A model generated the notes under the pieces. The model searched no databases and was not told the DNA's origin. It saw only the letters and a program-made list of their open reading frames with translations. DNA of 61,611 nt, filler included, from Choristocarpus tenellus KU-1152 (Eukaryota > Protista > Phaeophyceae): assembly GCA_964200185.2 (NCBI GenBank). It is 14 parts of 14 records of this genome, joined end to end, with 100 filler letters (N's around TTAATTAATTAA, not from the genome) between each part and the next. Parts side by side here need not be neighbours in the genome. Positions count along the whole stretch, not along the records: positions 36,907 to 42,708 come from CAXNAD020009719.1; positions 42,809 to 45,396 come from CAXNAD020026503.1; positions 45,497 to 49,944 come from CAXNAD020014503.1; positions 50,045 to 54,704 come from CAXNAD020013580.1; 10 more parts are not named here. One strand, given 5' to 3'. The first letter of the stretch is position 1; each line of letters begins with the position of its first letter. Position numbers and translations under genes: made by a program. Shown piece by piece: positions 36,907 to 50,176 of the stretch.

Positions 36907-39900
36907 ATCTCGGTTCAAGAACTCCCCCCTCCCCCCCACTGTTTATCAATGAAGCGCTCTTGTTCTTCCCCTTCGAACTTCTCCTCCCACCCTCCCCCAC
37001 CAAGAGTCCCTCACGTCTAAGCAGCAGCTGATCTCGGACAAAAGACTTGACTCCATCGGCACCCACAAGCAGTTGCGCAGATACATGTCCTCCATCAGAC
37101 AGTGCGGCTGAGACCGTATCATCACCACAGGTCCCAGTCCCAGTCCCGGCCCTAGTCCTTTCACTGGCGACTGGTTCTGCCGCAGCCACAGCCTCAGAAC
37201 CTAAATGAGAACCACGTCCTGACTCAACGGCAACAGGCAGCTGTCTTGTAGTATCATCTTGTCCTTGTATGCAGAAGTCTACCACGTTGGACTCCACCAC
37301 TTTGGTACTTGGGTCCAACACAGACCTAAGGGCCTGCCCTTGTACCAGAGCATTGAAACAGGGCGGCGGCGCATTGCATTGGCGTCGGTGTGGGGAGAGA
37401 GAGGTGGGCGGAGCATTTACTATGGCCATGTCTACGCAGGCGGGATGCCCTAACCCTTGGACATGAGAGGGGTGGGGGGTACAACACATCATTCCGAAAG
37501 CTGCGGGGGTAGGGGAAGGACTTGGGGCAGAAAAGTTAATATCAATTTCCGTTCTGCACAAAGCCTGCAAACTACAATTCAAACAAGTCTCACCGCCTAC
37601 ACTACACCACAAAGCGAGGAGATAAATCGCTACACATCACCAAAAGGATGTCATTGCTGGAACTCGGTTACGGAAACTCAGCCAGATAGGTCGAACCAGG
37701 TTCACCCCTCCCTGCTCCTCCCCCTGCTAGTACAAAGGACAAACAACAGGTCTTTTTTTTTCTTCTTCTCTCTTTTTTTTTTTTTGAAACTGCCGGAATA
37801 TATCAACGGTCAGCCAAGTGACTGCTGTTGGAGTTACAAACTACAATCACGTTGCACTCCACCCTCACTGCTGTCCTTGTGAAACATCAAGCCCAGGCCC
37901 ATCACCACTCACACCACACTCACTAAACAAACACTTCGTATACGTTAGCACCAATACGGAAGACGCCTTCCCATCGAACTCACTAGAATGATGCTTCACT
38001 TCATCCAGGAAAGACAAAAAAAAAGGAGAGAGAGAGAGAGAGAGAGCAATATTATTTTATTTATTTATGTCCGTATCTCGAATTATTTTTTTTATAGTTC
38101 TCCGTTCAGCTAACGCCCACTGCACCTCAACAATCTCATCTCACCTCAAGCAGCGAGGACTCCCTAACGAAAAGTACAGCCACCTCTCCATCGCCATCTA
38201 CTAAGGGATGGGAAAGGGGCCGTGAAGGGCGTGCAAGCCACTCACCCATTGGATTGCGGTACCCAGCCTCTCCCATATACCTGGAAATAATATAGAGGTG
38301 TATGTACGGTTGTAGGGAGCGGGAGGGAGGGGGGGGGGTTGTAGGGGATAAAGATGGCAGAGTACGAAGGTACATGCATTTCAGAGGAAGGGATATTGTG
38401 AGACCTTGCCCTCCCTGAAAAAGGATTAGCATTTGTTTTGCGTGGATTTCAGAGTGATATCGGAATCAGGATAGATTTATCCGCTGTCATTGATGGTTTC
38501 GGCATTATTTGTAGCAATCAATGTCAGCATATTTATTTGCTAGATTAATGCACTACTTCAGACTATGTAAAGTGCATCCGTTGGTGACTGAGGGTTACCT
38601 GAGGCTCTAACCTTGTTGCATATCGTGCATGGGGTATGTACCGCGTGACAAAAAAATAAAAATAAAAATAAAAATAAATGAAAGAATAGTTGAAAAAATG
38701 TACAAACTTGACAGTTATATCAACACACAGTGCGTCTTAAATTGAATTTCAAAAGTAAAAGAAAATATGTATTTAAAAATATTATACTTGGAAGTATACT
38801 GTTAGTGTACAGTATGTATACATCTGTACATACTCCAAGTGACGATGAATACTGCCACAACAGAGTTTAATGCCTGAGGGCTGCACTTGTGTATTAGTGC
38901 TCATTTATATTTTGAGGTACTTGGTACTAACAAAACTCGATACTCACTTCAAGTATGGCCGTTTCCACCATGAGATAGGTGTGATACAGGAGTCATTTCA
39001 GTATCTACTCTTAAAACTAAACATCAATGTCACAAAAAAAGGAGCAAGAGTGACGAACCTTGCCCGACCAGAGATGGGGTTTTAGATATTAGTCAGGGTT
39101 GGGGTTGAATCAGGCTAAGGTCGAGGTCAAAGTAAAGGGTAAAATCATCTCACCGGCCCTGTGTCTCCAATCCTGACAACACCCCCAAATTGTCAAGGCA
39201 CCGTAGTCCATTCGTCCATATACCTACCCCTGGGTCTGCTCTAGTACGACTTCTCTCTCTCTGCACAGGGTATAAACATTGCAAGGGAGATGTGTGTGTG
39301 GGGAGGGGGGGCGGGGGGCGGGTACATCAGTCCTTTCTCCATGTAACGAAACCATAAATGTGAAGGGAGGATACAGAGAGTCTCATAAGGAATACAAAGG
39401 TCGCATACCTATCTTTGGTTCCTTGAGCGACCATGGTGATGCAGTTATATGATGTGGATACATTTCATATTGTTGATATCGACACTTGGAATTGATACGG
39501 TAAGTAGGTGGGGTCTGGAGCCAACGTTTGGTCGTACTGGCGCACTAGTTCCCCTTTCAATCAAAGGTTTGTGGAACAAGTTCTAAAATACCTAAACTGT
39601 ACTGACTTCTTAAAAGATATTTATCCTTGGCATCACTTTCTGATGTAAGTTGGAAGGAGGCGAATGTTCAGCTTGTGGACCAATTGCGTGAACGCTGACG
39701 GCAGGCACACCGCTGCATGAGACTGTGCCAGGATCACAAGCACTGCAGTAGACGAGTGAAGAAATTACTACGATTGTCTTCATCTCGAACCCCGCTGTAA
39801 AGACTAAAAATAATGAAAGCGCACCAGTACAACTTCTAGTTAATCAAGGTTAGCACAGGGAAGTTGTATACTTTGAGGTGTACAACTGAAGCGATCCATC

Positions 39901-40420
39901 GAAATGATCCATCGCACCCATAGTGCTGTCTAACCATCACCTCTGCATGCATACCTTTTTTCCCGTGATAAGGGTGACTTTCACCCCGATCTTTCCTAAG
40001 CATGCTGCGGTCGCCAAACCTAACAAGATGGGTTTGGTTTGGGCCAGAGTTTGAGGGCGGGATTGTTATTTACTCAAACATGTCCAGCCACAAGGAAGAA
40101 GGCAGAGACACCAGCAAATACTGTTCAGAAAGTGGCTCAGAACTTTGCTGATCTCGAGGACAAGGGTCCAATATAGATGTGGTTCATTGGTCAACCTTGT
40201 ATCTAGCAAACGGGCCGACAAACTTGAAAGAACATACTCCTTCGATGAATAATAGAGAGCACCTTCATTGTTACAAATTGTACGTGTATTCTTTCCACTA
40301 CGAGAAATTCATCTCCTCCTATGTAACCACAACAACAGTACCCTAGAGTATCTACATTATGATACCTGCCACTCCTCCTCCCACCACAAGTGCCCTGTCC
40401 ACTCGAGTATCACTGTGCAT
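36907..40420 (-). CDS. FAD-dependent monooxygenase (UbiH/salicylate hydroxylase/zeaxanthin epoxidase-like fold), 5' part, 5 exons
   Basis: Exons 40420-40366 (MHSDTRVDRALVVGGGVA), 40019-39955 (GLATAACLGKIGVKVTLI), 39260-39154 (GVGIWTNGLRCLDNLG), 38280-38145 (VLFVRESSLLE), 37333-36907 (LSDGGHVSAQLLVGADGVKSFVR). GxGxxG and DG motifs are present. Confidence 0.88.
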
Positions 40421-41222
40421 CCATTTCTCCTGTTTCCTGGCCCAGGTTTTGTGACCTACATACCACAGCGGGCGAGTGTGGGTGGCCGCATTCCCTCCAA
40501 TACAATGACTGGCTACACTTTGCGCAGTTGCTTGCATTACAACCCTCAGCAATCCATTCCACTTCCACCACTATCCAGGTACAAAAGTAGTACTAGTCAA
40601 GTGATCAATTATCAACCTTATCGTATTGATACTGTTGATACGTTGGTCTATCGTATCTTCAGCATGCTCTCCTCACCGTAAAGCAATGAAGTAAAAGTAA
40701 GACATTGATTTGTTTGGATCTCAAAGACTGCCAACGTGCTCTCTCACACAGGGTGTGGCAGCGATCCCTGGTGTGAGCTAGGAGACTATACCACCTTCTT
40801 CGGGACAGGGCACTGCACAGCGTGAGGTTGATTTAGGGAGAAGCTCGCTGTCACAGTCCTGTAATAGTGGAAGGTAGGCCACAAGCCACCAATGCGCACT
40901 CGACCTTTGAAGTCATTTTCACTGTGGTGAGGCAGAGATTAGCGAATCTATTTGTTGCTTCGTTCTCTAGAGGATTGTTACGATTCAATTTCAGTTTGGG
41001 TATGCCATCTGCTGACCACTTGATCTGACGATCATAATAAGGACTGCGATCCACCTTGTGTTACCTGCCTTTGCTGGGCCGTGCCCCTTGTTCCTGCCTT
41101 ATTTTTCTACTGTTTTCTGTTTTCTAACCTCACTTGCGCTTCCTTCTTCACAGCTTACGCAGCTTACTGGTCTGAGAGGTGCGGAGGAGTTTGACAAGGG
41201 GGAGTGGAGTAGTGCTGAGAAA

Positions 41223-41967
41223 ATGGCACCAGAAATCGGGGGTGGGGGGTACCTGGACCAGGCCCAGACGTTCATGGAGAATGACTTTGGATTGGACCGC
41301 CGTCTGATCAAGGCGTGTGCTAAGATGGGCTTCGTTTACCCAACGCTAGTGCAGAGCAAGTGCATCCCCCTCGCGTTGCAGGGTAAGGACCTCCTGGTGA
41401 GTAGTTGCTGTCAGCCTGTAGTCGCTTATGAAGGCTCGAAGATATGCTCTGCTTAACGTGGTGGTGATGTACTGTTGCCTCCACTCGCGAAAATACGATA
41501 GCCTACGAGATATCTTTATGTTCGGGTAGAAAGCAATCCCTAGACTATGAACATCCCTATCAGATCTCTCTTTTCTCGTTCGCTTATGGAGATAGGAAGA
41601 TGAGTCGAACCCAAGGCATAATGCTGCCCTGGGAATTGGAAACGAAGGAACCTAATCTTGTTAACCGAGGACGCGGTGAACCTGTTCCCACACAAATATC
41701 CCACTACATTGATGCCTTGTTCACTCACATTGCCAAAACGTATGGTTCGAATAAACGGCCAGATGTAGATAAACCGAACTCATCCCCCTTCCATCCGTCC
41801 TCTGTTCCTATTGGCTCCAGGTAAGGGCTAGGACGGGGTCAGGGAAGACGGCAGCATTTGCTCTCCCCCTGCTGCAGAAGATTCTTCGTCGTAAAGAAGC
41901 CGAACCTGACCTTGCCAGAGGTGTTCGCGCTGTGGTCCTGGTGCCTACGAGAGAGCTTTGCGAGCAG
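41223..41967 (+). CDS. DDX56: DEAD-box RNA helicase DBP9/DDX56 (first 2 exons)
   Basis: Exon 41223-41396 ([38 protein letters not shown] motif) and exon 41821-41967 ([13 protein letters not shown], motif I; LVPTREL, motif Ia). PTL+Q..CIPLAL.GKD+[10 protein letters not shown] is typical of Dbp9. Confidence 0.9.
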
Positions 41968-44900
41968 GTATATCTTATAGAAAGCTTTCAATCCCTGCCT
42001 ATTTGGTGAACCTGTTTTTGTATTTGCAGAAAGCTAGTGCCTTCAACATTATTTTTACCCTTGTCCCCTCCCCCCCACTCAACCCCCTGACATCAACGTG
42101 TAGTTTTTTTTAGAGTAACCGCTTGCAAGGTGGAAGACCTGCTTGATTGCAATGTGACTGTGGTGTGCTCTGGTCCAACCATGTATGCGCAAAATTCACG
42201 CAAATAGCCATATCCACCCCCCCCCTGCTGCACCTCAATCCTGATCCATGCGCTGAGTATTTTCACGTGTTATCACACTCAAATGTTCTGCCCGGTTTCC
42301 TAACCCTTAATGGCGTGCATGCTGAAGTTGAAGTGCGCAATATCTTTCAGACAGCAAGCGACTCATCAAACGCACTTCATGGTTTGAGTCTCCTCTTCAG
42401 CAAAAAAAAAAAAATGCCTTCGATTTTGAGCTATATATATTGAAGTACGGGCGTTCTAAGAAAGAACCTGTCCTGGAAAGAAAGAGTACATCGACGAGGA
42501 GGTTGAAAAAGCAACCGTTTTTTATTTCTATTTTTTATTTTTTATTTTTTATTCTTGCGGGTAGGTAGGAGTGACAGTCGTCACTTCGTCGCAACTCTCC
42601 TCTTTTCCAACTACGTACTTCATATAGTTGCCCCCCACGCTGTCTCGAATACGTCCCGTTGCGGCGTGGGTAAACATTCAAACACAACCTGCCCCCCCCC
42701 CCCCCCCCNNNNNNNNNNNNNNNNNNNNNNNNNNNNNNNNNNNNNNNNNNNNTTAATTAATTAANNNNNNNNNNNNNNNNNNNNNNNNNNNNNNNNNNNN
42801 NNNNNNNNCACAGGAGTAGGGAGATGGGCAGATCAGGAAGACAGTAGTACAATATTTGATAGTAGTGAAGTAACTGATTAGTGGTTTCCACACTTACAAT
42901 GTTTTATAGTGTTCTTATGTTTTGGATATTTTATTTCTTTCGGGCTAATAACGACATGTATTCATATATATAGTTTAGATTGGTTTCCCCCTTGACACAT
43001 CTGCAAAATGTCAGAGGGCATAATAATAAAAATAATAACTATGTTTATCATATGTATACTTGTCGAAAGAAAGAAGGTAATAAATAATACACGCTATCTC
43101 TCACTACTACTACTACTATATTTTATAATTATTACTGTTTGAGAAAGGGGAAGAAGGAAAAAAGGAAAAAAATGAGAAGAATTTTATGGAAATGTAAAAG
43201 GAATAATAGAACCAACAAATCCAGAAGAAGTATCATGACCAAAAACATACATGAAGAGAAGAAAGGAAATGAAGAATGAATCCAAGAGAATTTCCACAAA
43301 GAACACAGGATTCAGGAGATTGAGAGTGATGGTGGTGGTGTTCACGGTTTGGGCGATGATACTGGTACTTTAATGTGACGTTCATCAGCTTTCACACCTT
43401 CCTTGAATGTCATTCGCCCATGATAATCTCCTTACATTGTTAGCCTCACTCCCATATCACTCCTATAGGTTAATGTTGTCGAATACCTAGTGTTATACTT
43501 ACGTTGTGTGTGTGCTGATACAAACCTGTAACACAGTTTCATGTAAGTTTATCTTTAGTTCGGTATAACACAGAGTAGTAACATACATAGCGATATGATG
43601 GGCAGTCCTTAGCCATACGTCAGAGATGATGGATGATAAAGACAAAGGTCCAGCGGACAATAATAACCAGTGTAGATGTAACCCACAAGCACCTTCTTCT
43701 GGCGACGAGCTTTTCCTGCTAGAAGCTATATAACAGTCTCATGTTCGATTCGTTTGCCATTTAAAAAAATATCAAGGGAGCACACCCCATGTTCTTCATG
43801 ATTCCGTTGAGAGGGATAACATTTTGGAAGAACTTCTACACCTCTGATATTGTGGCAGACTTTACTCGTGCTTGAAAACCTCACTAACTGCCATCATCGT
43901 TGCCGTTCTGCCCCTCGAATTAAGTGAAGGAGAAGTCAAAGTAGGTCTCTCTGCCCCTGCTTCTGTGCTGCCAATCTCAGAAGAGTCTGCACCCTCGATA
44001 TCCACGGGAGTATTCACGAGTGAAGAGTCATCCTCCAACGAAGAGGCAATCTCTTCTTCCTGCTATAGGTCGATCCCCCTTTGCTCAGTCCTTAGCGAGT
44101 CCGTTTCTGCCTCCACCACTCAGTCAAAAAGATGGGAAAAAAGACATCAACAAGCTATTGTGTATCTCTGTCTGCTAACTATCTAGCTGTACAGTTGTTC
44201 ATAAACCACCCCCAAAGTTTGGCATTGCCATGCAAACGCCACCAGGGTGAATCTGCTCAAATTTCGAAAAGTGTTGCATTCTGAAATTGCTATCCCTGAA
44301 TCCTTTCCCACTCTACCTAATCAAGACAAGCTTGATCCATTAACTAACAACCAACTTGCAGTTATGACCAAAACATCAACCAACATTTCGAAAAATTCAT
44401 GATGCCGACAACTAAATGAAAAGATAGCCAATACTGTCGGTGTTGATTGTGCCCAGATTGCTGCTTTGCACACCAAGATCACCTCTTCTGAAGGTGCAGG
44501 GTGTTATGGTTGCCTGAGTGCTGCTTAAATCTGGCAACGACTGCCACCCACTCACTGTTTGGCCCCAGGCCATGCACTCTCAAATTAACCTTTGGTCAGG
44601 TTTCTGCAACACAATCTTGCTGGATATTAGGTTCAACTTGACACATGGCTTGCAACACTGTTGGGGGACAGATAATCAACATACAAGAGAAAATGCGCCG
44701 AACACCACAACATAATCTGCATTCCCAACAGTAGGTCCTGTAAACACTGTAATCATAGTTGGTCTACTGCTACAAGGACTCTTCCCTCAGTGAAACGTAT
44801 GCAGGATACATGCACCTTCTAAACTACTCCAGAAACTATATTCTAGACCTGGTCCATGTGAGAGGTCTCTGTATCGACTACCAGCCACAGTTAAGTCCAA

Positions 44901-45496
44901 GTGCTAACCAGCGCTGGCGTGCTACCTCTGACACCTTGGCTACCAATACAAAAATCCACACAGAAACGTCTGTCATCTGACCCTTACTCCTTGCACCATG
45001 TTACTTCTGACGGCTATGCTCCATTCGCTCCAGCACCACCACATGCAACTCCTCCCGGGTAGTGAAATGTTCTTCAATATATGTTACAGGCGCCCCTCAA
45101 TGCTCACCTTTCCAGGATGTACAAGTCAAGTCCAATTCACAGATTATTGAACGTCAGCTCAGCAGAACAGGGGTACTATCAATTGAATCAATCGGCATAA
45201 GAAATATATATGGTTTTCGGTATCAGAAAGAGAGAACTGAATTGGTAGGGCTCTCTGGGTCAGAAGAACTGAGCCGTTTGGAGCCGTTTTTAGGATCTCT
45301 TATCATCATTTCCCGTTGGGGCTTCTTTGGTTTACGAACATTGGAATATATTTGAGAACCTTTGCGACCTTTCCATTCGGGACCCTTTGCAACTACNNNN
45401 NNNNNNNNNNNNNNNNNNNNNNNNNNNNNNNNNNNNNNNNTTAATTAATTAANNNNNNNNNNNNNNNNNNNNNNNNNNNNNNNNNNNNNNNNNNNN

Positions 45497-45641
45497 GGGG
45501 GGGGGGGGGGGGGCAGCTGTCCACTTGGGGTCAAATTTTTCATGTCGCAATTTTTGGGTGATTTGGTTGCATATGTCGGATGTATAATGTAAATGCATAT
45601 CAACTTTGTTGATTTGTTGGATATGTACACCAACCCTAGAC
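45497..45641. mobile_element. MITE-like family A fragment (reverse orientation)
   Basis: Reverse complement of the cattatccatc...caaccaaatcacccaaaaa...gacatgaaaaa...ggacagc core. Further family A termini at 13961-13992, 49893-49944, 54614-54650, 54840-54878, 57535-57590. Confidence 0.8.
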
Positions 45642-46819
45642 TGTCATCCTAAAGTTCTCAAGGCTGTTTTGGAAACATATCCACCATTGCTTTTCCTGCT
45701 GACATTGCTTCTGTTTTCCATCTGCAAGTTCCCCTAGACATCAACTAATACTGCGAACATATATTTTTTTTCACACAGTCTCCTCAGTACTGTCCCACCC
45801 ATTTTTCACATGGGCATCCTTGTATGACAGAGTGTGATTGGTGCATTCCTGGAAGTAAGGCACAACAGCCCGTGTATGTGTATGTGTATGTTGTATGTAT
45901 TTATCTAGGGTCAACTAGATTCTCCTTCACAACACAGAGCTGTTACTATACCACAATACAAAACGAGGTAGTGAGGCTTAAATGCAGAGTAATTCTGAGG
46001 TGGGTCTAGCACGGAGAGGTTTGAGGGAGAAGGTAGAGAAACAACAGAGCGGATATCATGGAATTAGTCATAGTTTAACATTGGATGCAGTAAGTAGTTT
46101 GAAAAGTAGTGCACTTCATAGTGCCTTCAACCAAAGGGACGAGATAGTTCCCAATGTGAAGTGGAATCTTTTAATATTATGAGTGAGGTGTCATTTTTTC
46201 CAATTTTGCTTGTATCTGTTTCACGTTTGTGTAAGACAAGGGTCAGTGGTGCGAGAGCTTGATGAGATGACACACGAGGACAAGATACTTTACTACTAGA
46301 AATGTTCATGTACACAGACAGATGGGCTGATTGGTCAGCGGGCCTTAGTAGATTAACACGTGTGGAATGTGGTTGACACAAATTCCTCGCAGAACACCAC
46401 CCCAATGTGTGTAAGAATAGGCTTCAACGGTGGAGGAGAGTAATTTATTGATTATGAAGTTTGGGACAGTTGATTTCATGTAGTATGAGATGTAAGATAA
46501 GTACAAGGGCTATCGAAAGAGGGCATGGAAGGAACAGGAAGTTCGAAAGAGAGAGAACTAGGGAATGTCCCAAAAGTAGTATGGCACAAGGAAGAAAGAT
46601 GAAGAACGGCCCGCCACCAACTCAAGAAATCAAAACAAGGAGCTCACAATCGCCTCATGAAATGCTCGCGTGATGACAGTGAACAGTGGATGTAACATAC
46701 AGATGCCCTACTCCTTTGAGTCATGACAACATACCAGATGTGGTGCAATTGGGAGACAAAATAGGCAAGTTGACTACCACATTCGAAAGCTGTAGAGCTC
46801 GAGGTATTTTGTCCACTGC

Positions 46820-47420
46820 AGTGAAGATGAGGATGGTACAGGGAGACATGGTGTCACACTGAAAGTAAGGATTTGAATTTTCAACATTATTATCATCAGC
46901 ATCCCACTCACTGATGAAGGTTCGGATCTTCCTGACATGCGCATCTAATGCAACGTTTGTTGTTGGCTATGCTTATACCGACTGTGTAGAAATGGGCAAG
47001 AAAACGGGGAAGAATGAATTGTCCTGGACGAAACTGTGGAGCAGGTTCCCTCTAAGGACAAACTATTCATCCTTTCTTTGATGTGAAGAAGACCAGCATG
47101 GGAATGAGAGGTGAACAGGAAGGCTATACGAACAGTGTAATGCTTCGACCCTTACGGCTAGCTGTGATGAACTGAACAATATTTGTGTGCCTGTGGTGAG
47201 GCTTGCAGAGATTAATAAATTTGCACTCGCCAATACGTTTTTTGAACCACCAAAGGCCAAAGGGTATCCCACTCATGTGGATCTCAAGAGGGGTGGGTAC
47301 TATTGCATTGACCATATTATCACTCGTCAATCTCACCAACCCATTTTTCGGAGCATGATTGTGTGTCCAACCTCATCGGACCATCGTGTTGTATTGATGT
47401 CTGTATCAGCTTCAGAGCTG
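46820..47420 (+). mobile_element. Degenerate non-LTR retrotransposon (LINE) apurinic endonuclease domain
   Basis: Fragments TFVVGYAYT, LDETVEQVPSKDKLFIL, ALANTFFEPPK...T...IDHIITRQ...SDHRVV match APE motifs YAPT, NTFF, IDY/H and SDH. Frameshifted, and no RT domain follows. Confidence 0.8.
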
Positions 47421-48325
47421 GTTTTGACCCAATTGCTGGAAGCCCCTTCAAAAGAAGGGGAGGATGCTGCTCAACAGGCAAGACCTACTGCCTAGTCCAC
47501 CCCTAAGAACTGCATTAGCGCAATGATGGGATATGGGAAGGATCTTTGTTCAGCCAGCTGAAACCAATAACATCTCCCAACACAACTATAGTGCCTCCAT
47601 ACATTTACCCCTGGGTCTTCCTTCCATTTCAAGCAACATTTCACAGATACTGTACAGCACAGGATGAGAATAGTTGGGTTGTAACTATGCACTTACAGAT
47701 ACTATTTGTCGTATAAACAAGTCTTGACAGCCCATCTCCTACTGTATCCCCCTAACCCTATCCATATAAACATGGATGGACACCCAACACTTATCAACGA
47801 AGCTCTCTTCTTGCTTACTGACTCGCCCAAAACTTTCCACCCTGATGGCGTTGAGATTAAAACTATGATGATCAAAAGATCTTTCTTAGTGGCTTTTCTT
47901 TTCCGCCTTTTCTATCGTAGTAGGAACACCATTGGTGGTGAATGAGTTCGCAAGTTGACAAGGTGTGTTGTGAATGCTGTAAAAAAGACTACAATATATT
48001 TTTTTTCATGAAGGACTCAACAATCCTTCCATAAACCTTATCACTACATGGAATATCGTTTCTATATGTGGTAATTCCTATTATACATATGGTGAACATC
48101 AACACAAAAAAATCCAAAATGTACTATACTATTATGGTGGGTTGGTATTGGAAAATTTTGAAAAAGTGTGACGTGAGCTGTGACGTGTGATGACAAAAGA
48201 AATTTTACACCAGTATATTTTGTGCGCGCGCATATGATACTCCCTTCCTTGTACCAATATCGATCTCCCAATCCTCAACATCAAATCCTGAAGACTTGAA
48301 GGAGGAACAGGTGTAGGGGAGGACC

Positions 48326-48616
48326 ATGGCAGACCTCGTTCTACGATTGCAGGATATGGGGTCGCTATTCCAGGCCTCCCCCGCCATTTATGTATTTTTA
48401 CTTTTTGTTGCATTCAAGTTTCTTCAAAGGTGGCATCAGCAGTCGTTTTTCAAGGACCTCGAAAAGTGTGACCCACAAGACAGAAAAGCTAAATTTCCAC
48501 CAATACGTCCGCCCCATCTTCTTCTACACAAGGACAGCGATCGTATCCGACGCCTTATTGAGCCTCTGCAGTTCCTCCAAGAGCCCTACATCCCAAGTGT
48601 TTGGCTGGGACACAGG
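48326..48616 (+). CDS. Probable first exon of an alpha/beta-hydrolase of the ABHD1/2/3 (AB hydrolase 4) type
   Basis: ATG in accATGg context, an N-terminal hydrophobic anchor (IYVFLLFVAF), then P.L...LIEPLQFLQEPYIPSVWLGHR and a GTAAGA donor. Y.P+.W precedes the G..QT motif in this family. Catalytic exons not found. Confidence 0.55.
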
Positions 48617-50176
48617 GTAAGAGTGGAGATGGCAGTTGCCCTGGTTTACCTACTTTGTACTACGTGTTCGGTGTGGGTGGCTCGGAATGTGATTTCCAAG
48701 AGGAATCGGGGAGGAATGATGTGGAATGAGTCTATCTTAGCCGTATTACTCTCATTAGACAAGATCGTGTCTTGAGTGGGACTACTCGACTCTGAACAAA
48801 GCGAAAAGATGAGTCTGAACGTCTGATACGGCGTCTTGTGAAGGGAACGATGTGGCGGTCAGATCTGAGGTCACGACTAGAGACCCTCTGCCTCCCTCTT
48901 GACTATCTCACATGCGAATTGGTTGAGATTAAGTACTGGGTGTTATTGATAGACTGATGAAGGAACTGTCATCGTCGGGGTCTTCGCCATAATGACTTGA
49001 TAAGCTTGATTTTTTTGGCCCTCCTTTTGCTGTCACATGACCCTGTTATCACCGGGAAATCAGACAACCTCATTTCTGCGTCAATGCTTGACATTTCACG
49101 TAGATCGCAAGGGGAAGAGATCTGTTTTGGTTGTTTATCTAATCTGTGTCTCGTAAGGCAAGGTACTCTAAGCAGACCCCGATCTACCGTTAGATGAAGG
49201 ATTGAGATGGGGAAGAGTTCAAGGTCAATCTTAATTACAGAAAGGGTTACCATGGAGAAAATCAACTGCTGCTAAAGGACCCTGACCCCATTGCATGGAA
49301 GTCATCTAGAGCTCGCCATGATCCTACTTATCGGATCAGAGACCAGATATTAGTTCTTGGGTCTTGCAATACATATAATGTATCTGCTCGCTCATGAAAT
49401 CATGCTTCCACGTGAATTTGGCCGATCACGACAAAAGCATGTACGATTTTTCAGTTATATATATGATTTCCTTCAATTAAGCAATGTCCCATTTTTTTAA
49501 AAGTAGTCGAGATCTGATCGCTGTCACTCCTCTGATCGATTTGCACAAGAACAATGAAAACATTGCGAGAAAATATCTCAATTCTGGTCAATCTACAAAA
49601 ACTCCTTACGTTTTCTTTTGGTTGCCTTGTTGCCTACTTACCTCAAAATATTGGAATTGTGTTGTCGTGGGTAATCTTGATGGCATAGTGACGAGGAGGA
49701 GTAGAGTTGCGATAGACATAATGGATAAAAGCACCCAAGAATTGTATTATTTCGAGCTAAAGATGGACACTACACTTCAATTTTTGTGCTTCCCTACCAT
49801 GCTGGGGAAGTTCCCAGAAATCCTGCTTTTGTTTGCTTCTTGAGAGCATTTTTTCCACTTTGTGCTCCCTTCTGCCTCTTTTTGTGCCTACTGACCCAAA
49901 GTATCTGAGGGGGGGGGAGGGGGTCTACACCAGAGTGTCCATTTNNNNNNNNNNNNNNNNNNNNNNNNNNNNNNNNNNNNNNNNNNNNTTAATTAATTAA
50001 NNNNNNNNNNNNNNNNNNNNNNNNNNNNNNNNNNNNNNNNNNNNCCCATTGGACCCAAAACAGGGGGTATGCTCCTTAAGTTCCATCACTCAAGGACGTA
50101 TGATTGCAAGCAGTAGGAAGCAGGAGGAGGGGGTGGGGAATGGAGAGTGGGGTGCGGGTATCTGCATCTGCCTCGC

